A stretch of 64,000 nucleotides of DNA from Solirubrobacteraceae bacterium. GTDB lineage: Bacteria; Actinomycetota; Thermoleophilia; Solirubrobacterales; Solirubrobacteraceae. A program made the position numbers and the translations under genes. The DNA lies in the NCBI GenBank assembly GCA_040399005.1, contig JBBATA010000001.1:22199-86198 (forward strand). The letters are read 5' to 3'. Position 1 is the first letter of the stretch; every line of letters starts with the position of its first letter. The notes under the pieces were generated by a model, which saw only the letters and a program-made list of their open reading frames with translations, searched no databases and was not told the origin of the DNA. Shown piece by piece: positions 1 to 9,059 of this stretch.

Positions 1-25
1 ACCACCTAGGCGCCGGCGCGGCGCG

Positions 26-1315
26 TTACTTCGTAGTCGCCTGGGCGGCGTCCAGCAGGCCCCAGCCGTAGAGGCTGTCGGCACCAGCGGGACCGAAGTC
101 GCGAGCCGTTCGCTGCAGGTGCCTCTGGAGGGTCGCCGGAGTGGGGTTGTCGCCCACCACTCCGGTGGCGATAACCAGCGCGGCGGCGCCGGTCACGTGC
201 GGAGCGGCCATCGAGGTCCCTTCGTAGGTACCAGGGAGGCCGAAGCGCGAGAGCGACTTGCCCAGGAGGGTCACCTGGTAGATGCCACGGCCGTTGAAGC
301 TCTGCCGGCAGCGCGGGTCGCCGGGGACCCGCGCGTCGAGTCCGCCGCCGGGGGCGACGATGTCGATCCCGGAGCCGCCGTTCGAGAACTCGGAGATGCA
401 GCCGTCCTCGGTGGTCGAGCCGACGGCCATCACGGCGGAGGAGCGGGCCGGATAGGAGACGGTGTTGGCCCCCTCGTTCCCCGTGGCACCCACCACGAGG
501 ACCCCGCGACTGCGCGCGTAGTCGAGGGCGTCGAGGATCTGGGGAATGTCGCTGGCGCGAACGCGGGAGTCGAACTCGAGGCTGAGGTTGATCAGCTTGG
601 CCTTGTTCCTGACGGCGAAGCGCACGCCGCGCGCGATGTCATTTGCGTTGCCCTCCCCGTTGGCGTCGAGCACGCGTACCGGCATGATCTTCGCCCCGTA
701 GGCCAGGCCGGCCACGGCGATGCCGTTGTTGGTCGCCTCGGCGATCGTCCCGGCGACGTGGGTCCCGTGGCCGTTGTCGTCGTTGGGGTAACGGTCGCGG
801 TCGACGTAGTCGTAGCCCTTGGTGAACTGGCCGGAGGTGAAGTCGGGAGAACGCCTGAAGGGGGTGCGGTTGGAGTAGGCCACCCCGGTGTCCAGAACCG
901 CGACCACGACGCCCTTGCCTCCGGGGCGGCCGGCGGCGATCGCGTTGGCCCACGCTTCGGGAGCCCGAACCCCGTAGGAACCGAGGAAGTTCCACTGCAG
1001 GCTCTTCATCTCCGGGTCGTTGGGCAGGAACTGGGCCGACCGTGCCCGGGCGGCCCTGGCGATCACGTTCGGGACCGCGTATTCGACCCCGGGCTGGTCC
1101 TTGAGGTCGGCGAGCGCCTCGCGAACGTTGTCGACCGGCACGACCACGGGCTGGCCCGGCGCCACGCCGGCCGGCGCCTGGCCGGGCTCGTAGCTGACGA
1201 CGACCTCGCCGGGCACGTAATCGAGCGCCGAGGCGGCCGCGGGAACGGCAAGAGCACCTACGGCCGCCGCGACAGCGGCGGCGAGCCTGATGGTTTTGGT
1301 CGGAATCGAGGTCAT
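26..1315 (-). CDS. secreted subtilisin-like serine peptidase (S8 family)
   Basis: 429-aa ORF. Asp/His/Ser triad motifs 'VAVLDTGV', 'HGTHVAGT' and 'GTSMAAPHVTG'. N-terminal hydrophobic signal-like segment ends 'AAASA'. Confidence 0.9.
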   Translation of the reverse strand: MTSIPTKTIRLAAAVAAAVGALAVPAAASALDYVPGEVVVSYEPGQAPAGVAPGQPVVVPVDNVREALADLKDQPGVEYAVPNVIARAARARSAQFLPNDPEMKSLQWNFLGSYGVRAPEAWANAIAAGRPGGKGVVVAVLDTGVAYSNRTPFRRSPDFTSGQFTKGYDYVDRDRYPNDDNGHGTHVAGTIAEATNNGIAVAGLAYGAKIMPVRVLDANGEGNANDIARGVRFAVRNKAKLINLSLEFDSRVRASDIPQILDALDYARSRGVLVVGATGNEGANTVSYPARSSAVMAVGSTTEDGCISEFSNGGSGIDIVAPGGGLDARVPGDPRCRQSFNGRGIYQVTLLGKSLSRFGLPGTYEGTSMAAPHVTGAAALVIATGVVGDNPTPATLQRHLQRTARDFGPAGADSLYGWGLLDAAQATTK

Positions 1316-1409
1316 TGGGCATCGCGGGCAACGACGCCCGTCACCATTAAAGACACGCTCAGGACCCCAAAGTTACGGGCTTTCCCGCCGATGCGCGAAG
1401 ATTGGCGCG

Positions 1410-1871
1410 ATGGACGGATCCGAGGACGACGAACGCTGGATGGCCGAGGCGATAGCCGAGGCGAAGCTCGCGGCCGGCCACGACGACGTCCCGGTCGGCG
1501 CCGTGGTGGTCCACGAGGGCCGCATCATCGGGCGGGGCCACAACGAGCGGGAGGCGGCCGGCGACCCGACCGCCCACGCCGAGGTCACCGCGCTGCGGCA
1601 GGCCGCGGAGGAGCTCGGAAGCTGGCGGGTGCTGGACAGCACCCTCTACGTGACGCTGGAGCCCTGCGCGATGTGCGCCGGCGCGATCGTGCTGGCGCGC
1701 GTCCCGCGGGTGGTCTGGGGCGCCGACGACCCCAAGGCCGGAGCGTGCGGCAGCGTCCTCAACGTCCTTGCCGACGAACGTCTCAACCATCGCCCTTCCA
1801 CCACTTCCGGGGTCTGCGGCCCGGAGTGTTCCGGGCTTCTCACCACCTTCTTCGCCGAGCGCCGGGGCTGA
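1410..1871 (+). CDS. tadA: tRNA adenosine(34) deaminase
   Basis: ORF 1290..1871 trimmed to the first ATG (aa 41, 'MDGSEDD'). Deaminase zinc motifs 'HAEV' and 'PCAMCAGA'. Size is typical of TadA. Start is uncertain. Confidence 0.85.
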   Translation: MDGSEDDERWMAEAIAEAKLAAGHDDVPVGAVVVHEGRIIGRGHNEREAAGDPTAHAEVTALRQAAEELGSWRVLDSTLYVTLEPCAMCAGAIVLARVPRVVWGADDPKAGACGSVLNVLADERLNHRPSTTSGVCGPECSGLLTTFFAERRG

Positions 1872-2153
1872 TCAGGCGGGAGCGCCGGCCAGGACCTCGA
1901 TGATCTCGCCGATCGAGTGCTGGCGCTCCAGCGGGTGGCGGAGCGGAAGGTCGGGATTCAGCCGGTAGCTGTTTCGCCGCCCCTCGCGGCTTCGCTCGAG
2001 ATAGCCGGCCTCGACGAGGTCGGCGACGATCCGCTGCGCTGCGCGCTCGGTGATCCCGACCCGCTCGGCTACGTCCCGGAGGCGTATGTTCGGGTCCTGG
2101 GCCACGCAGATCATCACGTGGGCGTGGTTGGTCAGGAAGGTCCAGTCCGCCAC
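1872..2153 (-). CDS. small winged-helix transcriptional regulator (ArsR/MarR-like)
   Basis: ORF 1872..2318 trimmed to the GTG at aa 56 ('VADWTFLTNH'). The longer version is Arg-rich and runs through the AT-rich promoter region and into the SbtA-like ORF on the opposite strand. HTH segment 'LRDVAERVGITERAAQRIVADLVEAGYLER'. Confidence 0.6.
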   Translation of the reverse strand: MADWTFLTNHAHVMICVAQDPNIRLRDVAERVGITERAAQRIVADLVEAGYLERSREGRRNSYRLNPDLPLRHPLERQHSIGEIIEVLAGAPA

Positions 2154-2196
2154 GAACCAAGAATAGGCTAAATACGGCCGAAAATACAGGCTTAGT

Positions 2197-2222
2197 AATA
2201 CACGTCTTGACAATCGTGTATT
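2197..2222. promoter_or_regulatory. inverted repeat AATACACG-N10-CGTGTATT enclosing a TTGACA hexamer (candidate operator/-35)
   Basis: Read directly in the unusually AT-rich 53-nt region between the divergent regulator and the SbtA-like gene. The TTGACA (2207-2212) coincides with the TTG that the ORF track uses as a start codon. Confidence 0.4.
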
Positions 2223-3223
2223 CTGCAGCGCATGAGTTTCGGACGAAAGCGTTGCCGGTGAGCGCGGCGCTCGGCAACCTCGCCTCGCCCGGCGTCCTCT
2301 TCTTCGCCCTGGGCGCATTCGCAGCGACGATCCGGTCCAACGTCGGGCTCCCCCAGCAGGTCGCCCAGGCGCTGGCGATCTACCTGATGGCCGCTATCGG
2401 CTTCAAGGGCGGAGCGCAGCTGCGCGAGTCGGGCTTCGGCGCGGACGCCTTCCTCGCCCTGGGGGCCGGAGCGGTACTGGGACTCACCATCCCACTGGTC
2501 GCCTTCGCCCTGCTGCGCCGCTTCGCCCCCGTCAAGCAGGTGGACGCCGCCTCGATCGCCGCCCACTACGGCTCGGTGAGCCTGGTGACCTTCGGCGCCG
2601 CCGTCGCCCTCTACGAGGGGCTCGGCCAGCCGGTCTCGGGCTACATGCCCGCCGTCCTGGCCCTGATGGAGGCCCCGGCGATCGCCGTCGGGGTGATGCT
2701 CGCCCGCCAGTCCGGGGAGAAGACCGGCCAGAGCACCGGCCAGGTCCTGCGCGAAGCGCTGACCACCGGCAGCGTCGTCGTCCTGCTCGGGGCGACGGTG
2801 ATCGGCATGCTGCTCGGCGCAAGGGGCATGGAAAGCATGGACGGCTTCTTCGTCGCGCCCTTCACCGGGGTCCTTGCCCTCTTCCTGCTCGACATGGGGC
2901 TGCTGGCCTTCAGCCGCATCGGCGCACTGCGCGAGGCCGGCTGGCGGCTGGTCGCCTTCGCCATCTACATGCCGCTCATCGGCGCGGCGATGGGAACCCT
3001 CCTCGGCTGGTCGATCGGGATGGGCGCCACCGACATCGCCCTGCTGGCCACCCTCGCCGCCAGCGCCTCCTACATCGCGGCGCCGGCCGCGATGAGGCTC
3101 GCGCTCCCCGAGGCCAATCCCGGGCTGTCGCTGCCGCTGGCGATCGGCGTGACCTTCCCCTTCAACCTGATCATCGGGATACCGCTCTATCTCGAGGTCG
3201 CCAAGCTGGTGACGGGGGGCTGA
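2207..3223 (+). CDS. SbtA-family (Sbt_1/DUF897) putative sodium-dependent bicarbonate permease
   Basis: 338-aa polytopic membrane ORF. Blocks 'SPGVLFFALGAFAA', 'AIGFKGGAQLR' and 'PEANPGLSLPLAIGVTFPFNLIIGIPLY' resemble cyanobacterial SbtA as I recall it. It lacks the long central loop. The true start may be the GTG at 2216 or 2258. Confidence 0.75.
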   Translation: MTIVYSAAHEFRTKALPVSAALGNLASPGVLFFALGAFAATIRSNVGLPQQVAQALAIYLMAAIGFKGGAQLRESGFGADAFLALGAGAVLGLTIPLVAFALLRRFAPVKQVDAASIAAHYGSVSLVTFGAAVALYEGLGQPVSGYMPAVLALMEAPAIAVGVMLARQSGEKTGQSTGQVLREALTTGSVVVLLGATVIGMLLGARGMESMDGFFVAPFTGVLALFLLDMGLLAFSRIGALREAGWRLVAFAIYMPLIGAAMGTLLGWSIGMGATDIALLATLAASASYIAAPAAMRLALPEANPGLSLPLAIGVTFPFNLIIGIPLYLEVAKLVTGG

Positions 3224-3224
3224 G

Positions 3225-4397
3225 ATGGCAGTCCTGGAGAAGAGCTCCGGCGAACCCCGAGCCCGGTCCTCGGCCGCCCCCCGCGTGGCCATGGTCGGAG
3301 CCGGCCAGCTGGCGCGGATGACCCACCGCGCCGCGATCGACCTGGGCATCGAGCTGAGCGTCCTCGCCTCGTCCCCCGAGGACGCGGCGGTGCGCGCCGG
3401 CGCCCGCGCCGTCCTGGGCGAGTGCGACGACCCGGCCATCCTGCGCGAGCTGGCCGCAGGAGCCGACGTGCTGACGTTCGACCACGAGCAGGTACCGCCC
3501 GAGCTCCTGGAGGAGCTGGACGCCGAAGGGCTGCCCCTCCAGCCGGCGGCTGCGGCCAAGCTGCTGGCCCAGGACAAGCTCCACGCCCGCCGCGAGCTCC
3601 AGGCCCGCGGATTTCCCGTCCCCCCCTACGCCCTGGCCGTGAACCCGGAGGAGATCGCGGCGTTCTCCGGTGAGCACGGATGGCCGCTGGTGGCCAAGGC
3701 GCCGCGCGGCGGCTACGACGGCCGGGGCGTGACCATCGTCGGCTCGCAGGCCGAAGCCGTGGAGCTGCTCGGCGAGAGCCCGGACGGCCTGCTCCTCGAG
3801 CCGCTCCTGCCGATCGAACGCGAGCTCGCCGTACTCGTGGCCCGCTCCGCGACCGGCGATGCGCGGGCCTACCCCGTTGCCGAGACCGTCCAGCGCGATG
3901 CCATGTGCCGGGAGATCCTGGTGCCGGCGCCGATCGACGCCGGCCTGGCCGACGAGGCACGGGAGCTGGCCCTGGCGATCACCGACACCCCTGGGGCCAG
4001 CGGCGTGATCGCCCTGGAGCTGTTCGTCGTCGACGGCGCCCTCGTGGTCAACGAGCTTGCGCTGCGGCCCCACAACTCGGGCCACTTCACGATCGAGGGC
4101 GCCGAGACCTCGCAGTTCGAGCAGCATCTGCGGGGAGTCCTCGGCTGGCCGCTCGGTGAGACGGGGCTGACCGCCCCGGCGGTGGCGATGGTCAACGTCG
4201 TCGGGCCGTCAGACGGTTCCGACCCGCGCGAGCGCCTTCCCCTGGCCCTGGCCGAGCCGGGAGTGCATGTACACCTCTACGACAAGAGCCCTGCGCCGGG
4301 GCGCAAGCTCGGGCACGTAACCGTCCGCTCGGCCGACCTGGCCGGCGCCCGCGAAGCGGCGCAGAGAGCGGCATCGATCCTGGAAGGAGAAGGCTGA
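3225..4397 (+). CDS. purK: N5-carboxyaminoimidazole ribonucleotide synthase
   Basis: 390-aa ATP-grasp ORF. '[12 protein letters not shown]' N-terminus and '[16 protein letters not shown]'. Lies immediately upstream of purE and overlaps it by 1 nt. Confidence 0.9.
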   Translation: MAVLEKSSGEPRARSSAAPRVAMVGAGQLARMTHRAAIDLGIELSVLASSPEDAAVRAGARAVLGECDDPAILRELAAGADVLTFDHEQVPPELLEELDAEGLPLQPAAAAKLLAQDKLHARRELQARGFPVPPYALAVNPEEIAAFSGEHGWPLVAKAPRGGYDGRGVTIVGSQAEAVELLGESPDGLLLEPLLPIERELAVLVARSATGDARAYPVAETVQRDAMCREILVPAPIDAGLADEARELALAITDTPGASGVIALELFVVDGALVVNELALRPHNSGHFTIEGAETSQFEQHLRGVLGWPLGETGLTAPAVAMVNVVGPSDGSDPRERLPLALAEPGVHVHLYDKSPAPGRKLGHVTVRSADLAGAREAAQRAASILEGEG

Positions 4398-4906
4398 TGA
4401 GCGGGCCGGCAGTGGGAATAGTGATGGGAAGCGACTCGGACCTGCCGGTGATGCAGCCGGCCGCGGAGGCACTCGAAGAGCTTGGTATCGCCAGCGAGGT
4501 GCGGGTCGTCTCCGCCCACCGGACCCCCCACGAGATGATCGAGTACGGCAGCACCGCCGCCCGGCGCGGGCTGCAGGTGCTGATCGCCGGCGCCGGCGGG
4601 GCTGCCCACCTTCCCGGGATGCTCGCCGCATGTACGCCCCTCCCGGTGATCGGCGTGCCGGTGCCCCTGAAGAACCTCGACGGGCTCGACTCGCTCCTGT
4701 CGATCGTCCAGATGCCCTCCGGCGTGCCGGTGGCCACCGTTGCGATCGGGGGTGGGCGCAACGCCGGCCTGCTGGCCGCCCGGATAATCGGCGCCGGCGA
4801 TCCCGACGTGCGCTCGCGGGTCGCAGATGCCCAGGCCGCCCTGGCCGACACGGCTCACGAAGGCGACGCCCGGGTTCAGGCCGCAATGAATGGGGTGGCG
4901 CGATGA
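4397..4906 (+). CDS. purE: N5-carboxyaminoimidazole ribonucleotide mutase
   Basis: 169 aa. Motifs '[13 protein letters not shown]', 'VSAHRTP' and '[11 protein letters not shown]'. Confidence 0.95.
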   Translation: MSGPAVGIVMGSDSDLPVMQPAAEALEELGIASEVRVVSAHRTPHEMIEYGSTAARRGLQVLIAGAGGAAHLPGMLAACTPLPVIGVPVPLKNLDGLDSLLSIVQMPSGVPVATVAIGGGRNAGLLAARIIGAGDPDVRSRVADAQAALADTAHEGDARVQAAMNGVAR

Positions 4907-5712
4907 TCCTCAACGGCAAGCGCCTGCTCATCACGGGTGTCGTCAACGACGACAGCATCGCCTTCGCCACCGCGGCACGCGCCCAGGAGCTGGGCGCAGA
5001 GATCGCGCTCAGCGCGTTCCCCCGCGACCTGGGCAAGACGCTCGAAGCCGCCCGGAAACTGCCTTCCGAGCCGCCGATCGTTGCCGCTGACCTGACCAGC
5101 GCGGATGACGTCTCCGCGCTCGCCTCTTCGATCGACGAGCTCTGGGGCCGGCTCGACGGCGCCCTGCACGCGATCGCCTTCGCCCCGCAGGCGGCGCTCG
5201 CCGGGGAGTTCATGGAGGCTCCCCCCTCCGACCTGGACATCGCCTTCCAGACCAGCGCCGTCTCCTATGCGTCCCTCGGGCGGATCCTGCGCGACCTCTC
5301 TCCCGGACCGGGCTCGTCGCTGGTCGGGCTCGACTTCGACGCCGGCGGGGCGTGGCCGGTCTACAACTGGATGGGGGTCTGCAAGGCGGCGCTGGAATCG
5401 GCCAACCGCTACCTAGCGCGGGACCTGGGCGCCCGGGGAATCCGCGCCAACCTGATCGCCGCCGGGCCGATCCACACCCGGGCGGCCGGCGGCATCCCCG
5501 ACTTCGACGTCCTCCTCGAGGCGTGGGAGGGCCGTTCGCCGCTGCCCTGGGACCCGAACGACAGCGGCCCGGTGGCCGACGCCGCCTGCTTCCTCTTCTC
5601 CGACCTGTCGCGGGCGGTAACCGGCGAGATCCTGCACGTCGATGGCGGCTACCACGCCATGGCCACCTCCCTGCGCTCGGCCCAGCCCGCTGCTGCCGGA
5701 GGCGCCGCATGA
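4903..5712 (+). CDS. fabI: enoyl-[acyl-carrier-protein] reductase (NADH), FabI/InhA type
   Basis: ORF 4630..5712 trimmed to the ATG at aa 92 ('[21 protein letters not shown]'), which gives an ATGA overlap with the purE stop. Tyr-x6-Lys motif 'YNWMGVCK'. Confidence 0.8.
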   Translation: MILNGKRLLITGVVNDDSIAFATAARAQELGAEIALSAFPRDLGKTLEAARKLPSEPPIVAADLTSADDVSALASSIDELWGRLDGALHAIAFAPQAALAGEFMEAPPSDLDIAFQTSAVSYASLGRILRDLSPGPGSSLVGLDFDAGGAWPVYNWMGVCKAALESANRYLARDLGARGIRANLIAAGPIHTRAAGGIPDFDVLLEAWEGRSPLPWDPNDSGPVADAACFLFSDLSRAVTGEILHVDGGYHAMATSLRSAQPAAAGGAA

Positions 5713-6092
5713 GGCTCGCCTCTCCAACCACCCCGCGGCAGACCGACGGCGAGCGCCTCGCCGCCGCCATCGACTGGCTCTGGACGGCCAGCGTCGTTGC
5801 GCTGGGACCGATCGATGCCACGCCGGAAAGGGCGCGCGAGATCGTGAGCCGCCACGTCGAGAAGCACTTCCCCGGCGGCCTGGGCTCATTCCTGTTCTGG
5901 ACCGCCGACGATGCCCGCGCCTTCAATTCCCGGGGGCGGCTCGTGCGGCCGATGACCCTGCACTGCAGCAGCGAAGAGGTCGTCGTCACCGCCCTGGCCG
6001 CGGCCCGTGAGGCCGGCCTGGAAGCGGCGATCGCCCCGGAGCCCGACTCGGTCCGGATACTCCCCGCGGTCATCGAGGCCCGGAGGCGCTGA
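5709..6092 (+). CDS. hypothetical protein (127 aa)
   Basis: In-frame ATG of ORF 5352..6092 that overlaps the fabI stop (ATGA). Ends 2 nt before terC. I recognise no motif. Support is positional plus a non-Arg-rich composition. Confidence 0.45.
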   Translation: MRLASPTTPRQTDGERLAAAIDWLWTASVVALGPIDATPERAREIVSRHVEKHFPGGLGSFLFWTADDARAFNSRGRLVRPMTLHCSSEEVVVTALAAAREAGLEAAIAPEPDSVRILPAVIEARRR

Positions 6093-6094
6093 CC

Positions 6095-7036
6095 GTGGAG
6101 GCCACCCAGGCTGGAGCGGCCGAATGGGCCGTTCTCATCGGCGTGATCGGGGTCCTGCTCGTGCTGGACCTCGTCGTGATGCGCTCGCGCGGCGGTGTGA
6201 TGACCAACCGCGGTGCGGCCCTGGCGAGCGTTTTCTGGGTCGGCGTCGCGCTGGCGTTCTTCGTGGCGGTCACCCTCGCGCTCGGCGCAGGACCGGGCAA
6301 GGCCTACCTCGCCGGCTACCTGGTCGAAAAGTCGCTCTCGCTCGACAACGTCTTCGTCTTCCTGCTGATCCTCAACGCCTTCGCGATCGAAGCCAACGAC
6401 CGCCACCGGCTGCTCACCTACGGGATCATCGTCGCGCTCGTCCTGAGGGCGGTCTTCATCGTCGTCGGGGCGGCTGCGCTGAACGCCTTCGGCTGGCTGA
6501 GCATTCCCTTCGCGCTGATCCTGCTCTGGACCGGCGTGCGGCTCTGGCAGCACCGCCACGACCACGAGGCCGAGGAGAAGATGATCCAGGGGATCTCCGG
6601 GCGGCTGCGGGTCTCCGACGAGCCGGCCGGCAAGAAGCTCCTCACGCGCGAGAACGGGCGGCGCATGCTGACCGCCTCCGGCGCCGCGCTGGTGGCCATC
6701 TTCCTGACCGACCTCCTCTTCGCCGTCGACTCGGTCCCGGCGATCCTGGCGATCACCACCGATACCTACATCGTCTGGGCGGCCAACGCCTTTGCCCTGC
6801 TGGGCCTGCGCCCGCTCTTCTTCCTCGTCGCCGACCTCGTCGACCGGCTCTACTACCTGAAGGCCGCGCTGGCAGCACTGCTGGTCTTCGTCGGCCTCAA
6901 GCTCGGCCTCAGCGAGTTCATCGGCAAGGTCAGCCCGACGATCTCGCTGGCGGTCATCGGAGCGATCCTGCTCATCGGGGTCGTGGCCTCGCTGCTGCAC
7001 AACCGACGGCAACGGGACGCAGCGCCGGCCGGCTGA
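6095..7036 (+). CDS. TerC-family integral membrane protein
   Basis: 313-aa multi-TM ORF with the TerC hallmark 'SLDNVFVF' and a second half containing 'FAVDSVPAILAIT'. Confidence 0.85.
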   Translation: MEATQAGAAEWAVLIGVIGVLLVLDLVVMRSRGGVMTNRGAALASVFWVGVALAFFVAVTLALGAGPGKAYLAGYLVEKSLSLDNVFVFLLILNAFAIEANDRHRLLTYGIIVALVLRAVFIVVGAAALNAFGWLSIPFALILLWTGVRLWQHRHDHEAEEKMIQGISGRLRVSDEPAGKKLLTRENGRRMLTASGAALVAIFLTDLLFAVDSVPAILAITTDTYIVWAANAFALLGLRPLFFLVADLVDRLYYLKAALAALLVFVGLKLGLSEFIGKVSPTISLAVIGAILLIGVVASLLHNRRQRDAAPAG

Positions 7037-7048
7037 CCCTCGGGCGCG

Positions 7049-7675
7049 TCAGGAGGACCAGTCGCGGTCGAGCCCGAGCGTGCTCCATGCGGTATCGGCG
7101 AGTCGCTCGGCAAGTTCTGCGTCCTCGCCAGCCGGCCTGCTGAGAACGTGCTGGGTAACCAGCCGCTCCACCCCCCAGGCCAGCAGCTCGGCAGTCGTCT
7201 CCGGGTCGAGCGCCGGGTTCACCGTGCCTGCCACCTGGCCGTCTTCAATGAAGCGGCGCAGGCGCTGGGCGCTGCTTTCGATCCTCTCGCGCCAGTAAGC
7301 GGCCACCTCCTCGTCGTAGCCGGCGACTTCGTTGAGCGCCCGCACGACCGACGCATGCTCCCGGTGGCTCGCCACGAGCACCGCGAAGGCTTTGGCCATC
7401 TCATCGCGGGTGGCGCCCTCGTTGTCCATCCAGGCGACCCCGGTCGAGAGCTGCTCGCTGGTCGCCACGTCGGCGACCTGAATGAGGAGGCTGCTCTTAT
7501 CGGGGAAGTAGCGGTAGAAGGTCGAACGGGCGATCCCCGACTCCTCGGCGATCCGCTGGACGGGGAGCGTGGTGAAGCGCTCGCCCCCGTCTAGGAGCCG
7601 CTCGACAGCGGCGGCGACATCGGCCACCACCGAGTCGGGGGAACTCTTCTTCTGCGAAACGGTTACGGAGGGCAC
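7049..7675 (-). CDS. TetR-family transcriptional regulator
   Basis: 208 aa. N-terminal HTH 'TLPVQRIAEESGIARSTFYRYFPDK'. GTG start. Confidence 0.85.
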   Translation of the reverse strand: MPSVTVSQKKSSPDSVVADVAAAVERLLDGGERFTTLPVQRIAEESGIARSTFYRYFPDKSSLLIQVADVATSEQLSTGVAWMDNEGATRDEMAKAFAVLVASHREHASVVRALNEVAGYDEEVAAYWRERIESSAQRLRRFIEDGQVAGTVNPALDPETTAELLAWGVERLVTQHVLSRPAGEDAELAERLADTAWSTLGLDRDWSS

Positions 7676-7693
7676 TTGACTTCTTCCACGTCA

Positions 7694-7710
7694 TCGGACA
7701 GTGTGTCCGA
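7694..7710. promoter_or_regulatory. 17-bp perfect palindrome TCGGACA-GTG-TGTCCGA (candidate TetR operator)
   Basis: Read directly in the 98-nt TetR/P450 divergent region. An extra half-site-like 'TTGTGTCC' follows at about 7713-7720. 'TTGACT' sits at 7676-7681. Confidence 0.5.
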
Positions 7711-7773
7711 CGTTGTGTCCCACCCTACCGCAGCGGGTGGACCGAGACAACCAGGACACCGAGGAGAGAAGAG

Positions 7774-9015
7774 ATGGCAACGGCACCCGTAAACGAGATT
7801 CCCGTAGGCGAGATCGACCTCGGAGACATGACCCTGTGGGAGGAAGGACCTCCCCACGAGATCTTCGACCGCCTGCGAGCCGAGGCACCTGTCCACTGGA
7901 GCCCGATGGACACCTGGCCGGACGAGCCGGGCTTCTGGTCGATCACCCGCCCGGAGGACATCCACGAGATCAGCCGCGACTGGGAGACCTTCTCCTCCGA
8001 GCGCGGCGGAATCCTGATCGCCGACAACTCGGCACCGATCGAAGTCCAGAACTCGATGTTCATCGGGATGGACCCTCCGCGCCATGACCGAATCAAGGCG
8101 ATCTTCCAGCGCGGCTTTACGCCGAAACGGATCGGCGAGCACGAGGTGGCGATCAGGACGATCGCCACCGAGAAGTTCGACCTCATCGACGGCCACGAGG
8201 AGGCCGAACTCGTCGCCGATATCGCCCAGCCGGTCGTCGCGCGCGTGATCGGCTCCTTCCTCGGTACCCCGCCGGAGGACGACGAACACTGGGCCGACCT
8301 CGCCCTTCGCGGCCTGGCGGTGGGCAACGAGGAGCTCCAGCCCGGGGGCGACAACCTCGCCACGGTGGAGCGGGTGCTGACCGACGCGATGGCGCTCGCC
8401 GCCGAGCGACGCGAGAACCCCACCGACGACCTGACGAGCCTCCTCGTCCACACCGAGGTCGACGGCGAGCAGCTGAGCGACCTCGAGATCGCCGCCGGTT
8501 TCGCCCTGCTCGTCGCCGCCGGGATGGACAGCACCAAGGCCACCTACTCCAATGGCATGGTCGCCCTGCTCCAGAACCCGGAGCAGCGCCAGAAGCTGAT
8601 CGACGACCCGTCGCTGATCGCCGGGGCAGTCGAGGAGTTCCTCCGAATGCACCCCGCCTTCCTGAACTTCCGGCGCACCGCCACGCGCGATGTCGAGATG
8701 CACGGCCAGACGATCCGCGAGGGCGACAAGGTGATCATGTGGTACCCGGCCTCCAATCGCGACGAGCGCGAGTACGAGTGCCCGCACCAGCTCGACGTGG
8801 AGCGAAACCCCGACCACCAGGCCTTCGGCGCCGGCGGCCGGCACTTCTGCCTGGGCACCGCGCTGGCCCGGCTCGAGCTGAAGATCCTTTTTGAGGAGAC
8901 ACTCCGCCGCTACCCGCAGATGGAGCTGACCTCCACACCCGAGCCCCTCCCCTCGCTCTTCACCAATCAGGTCAAGGCGATCCCGGTGAAGCTCGGGCCT
9001 CGGGCGGACCGCTAG
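7774..9015 (+). CDS. cytochrome P450 monooxygenase
   Basis: 413 aa. Heme-thiolate loop 'FGAGGRHFCLGTALAR' and ExxR 'EEFLR'. SD-like 'GAGGAGAG' lies upstream of the ATG. Confidence 0.9.
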   Translation: MATAPVNEIPVGEIDLGDMTLWEEGPPHEIFDRLRAEAPVHWSPMDTWPDEPGFWSITRPEDIHEISRDWETFSSERGGILIADNSAPIEVQNSMFIGMDPPRHDRIKAIFQRGFTPKRIGEHEVAIRTIATEKFDLIDGHEEAELVADIAQPVVARVIGSFLGTPPEDDEHWADLALRGLAVGNEELQPGGDNLATVERVLTDAMALAAERRENPTDDLTSLLVHTEVDGEQLSDLEIAAGFALLVAAGMDSTKATYSNGMVALLQNPEQRQKLIDDPSLIAGAVEEFLRMHPAFLNFRRTATRDVEMHGQTIREGDKVIMWYPASNRDEREYECPHQLDVERNPDHQAFGAGGRHFCLGTALARLELKILFEETLRRYPQMELTSTPEPLPSLFTNQVKAIPVKLGPRADR

Positions 9016-9059
9016 GCCCGGGCCGCCTGGCGTGCGGGCCAAACGGAAGACGCACCCAG

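Noticed and set aside
119-1903. Very long ORFs in the six-frame track that overlap real genes. Examples are 119..1903 +, 2192..3577 -, 5210..7012 -, 7663..9042 -, 9066..11207 -, 22463..24373 -, 36485..38257 -, 39656..41422 -, 57609..59177 - and 60083..62908 +.
   Set aside because: Their translations are Arg/Pro/Gly/Asp-rich low-complexity strings with no motifs. They lie antisense or out of frame to ORFs with clear family signatures. Long open mirror frames are expected in very GC-rich DNA.
6093-6094. A yybP-ykoY (Mn) riboswitch upstream of the TerC-family gene, and a SAM-type riboswitch upstream of metF (56523..56539).
   Set aside because: Both genes start within 2-17 nt of the preceding same-strand gene, so there is no room for a structured leader.
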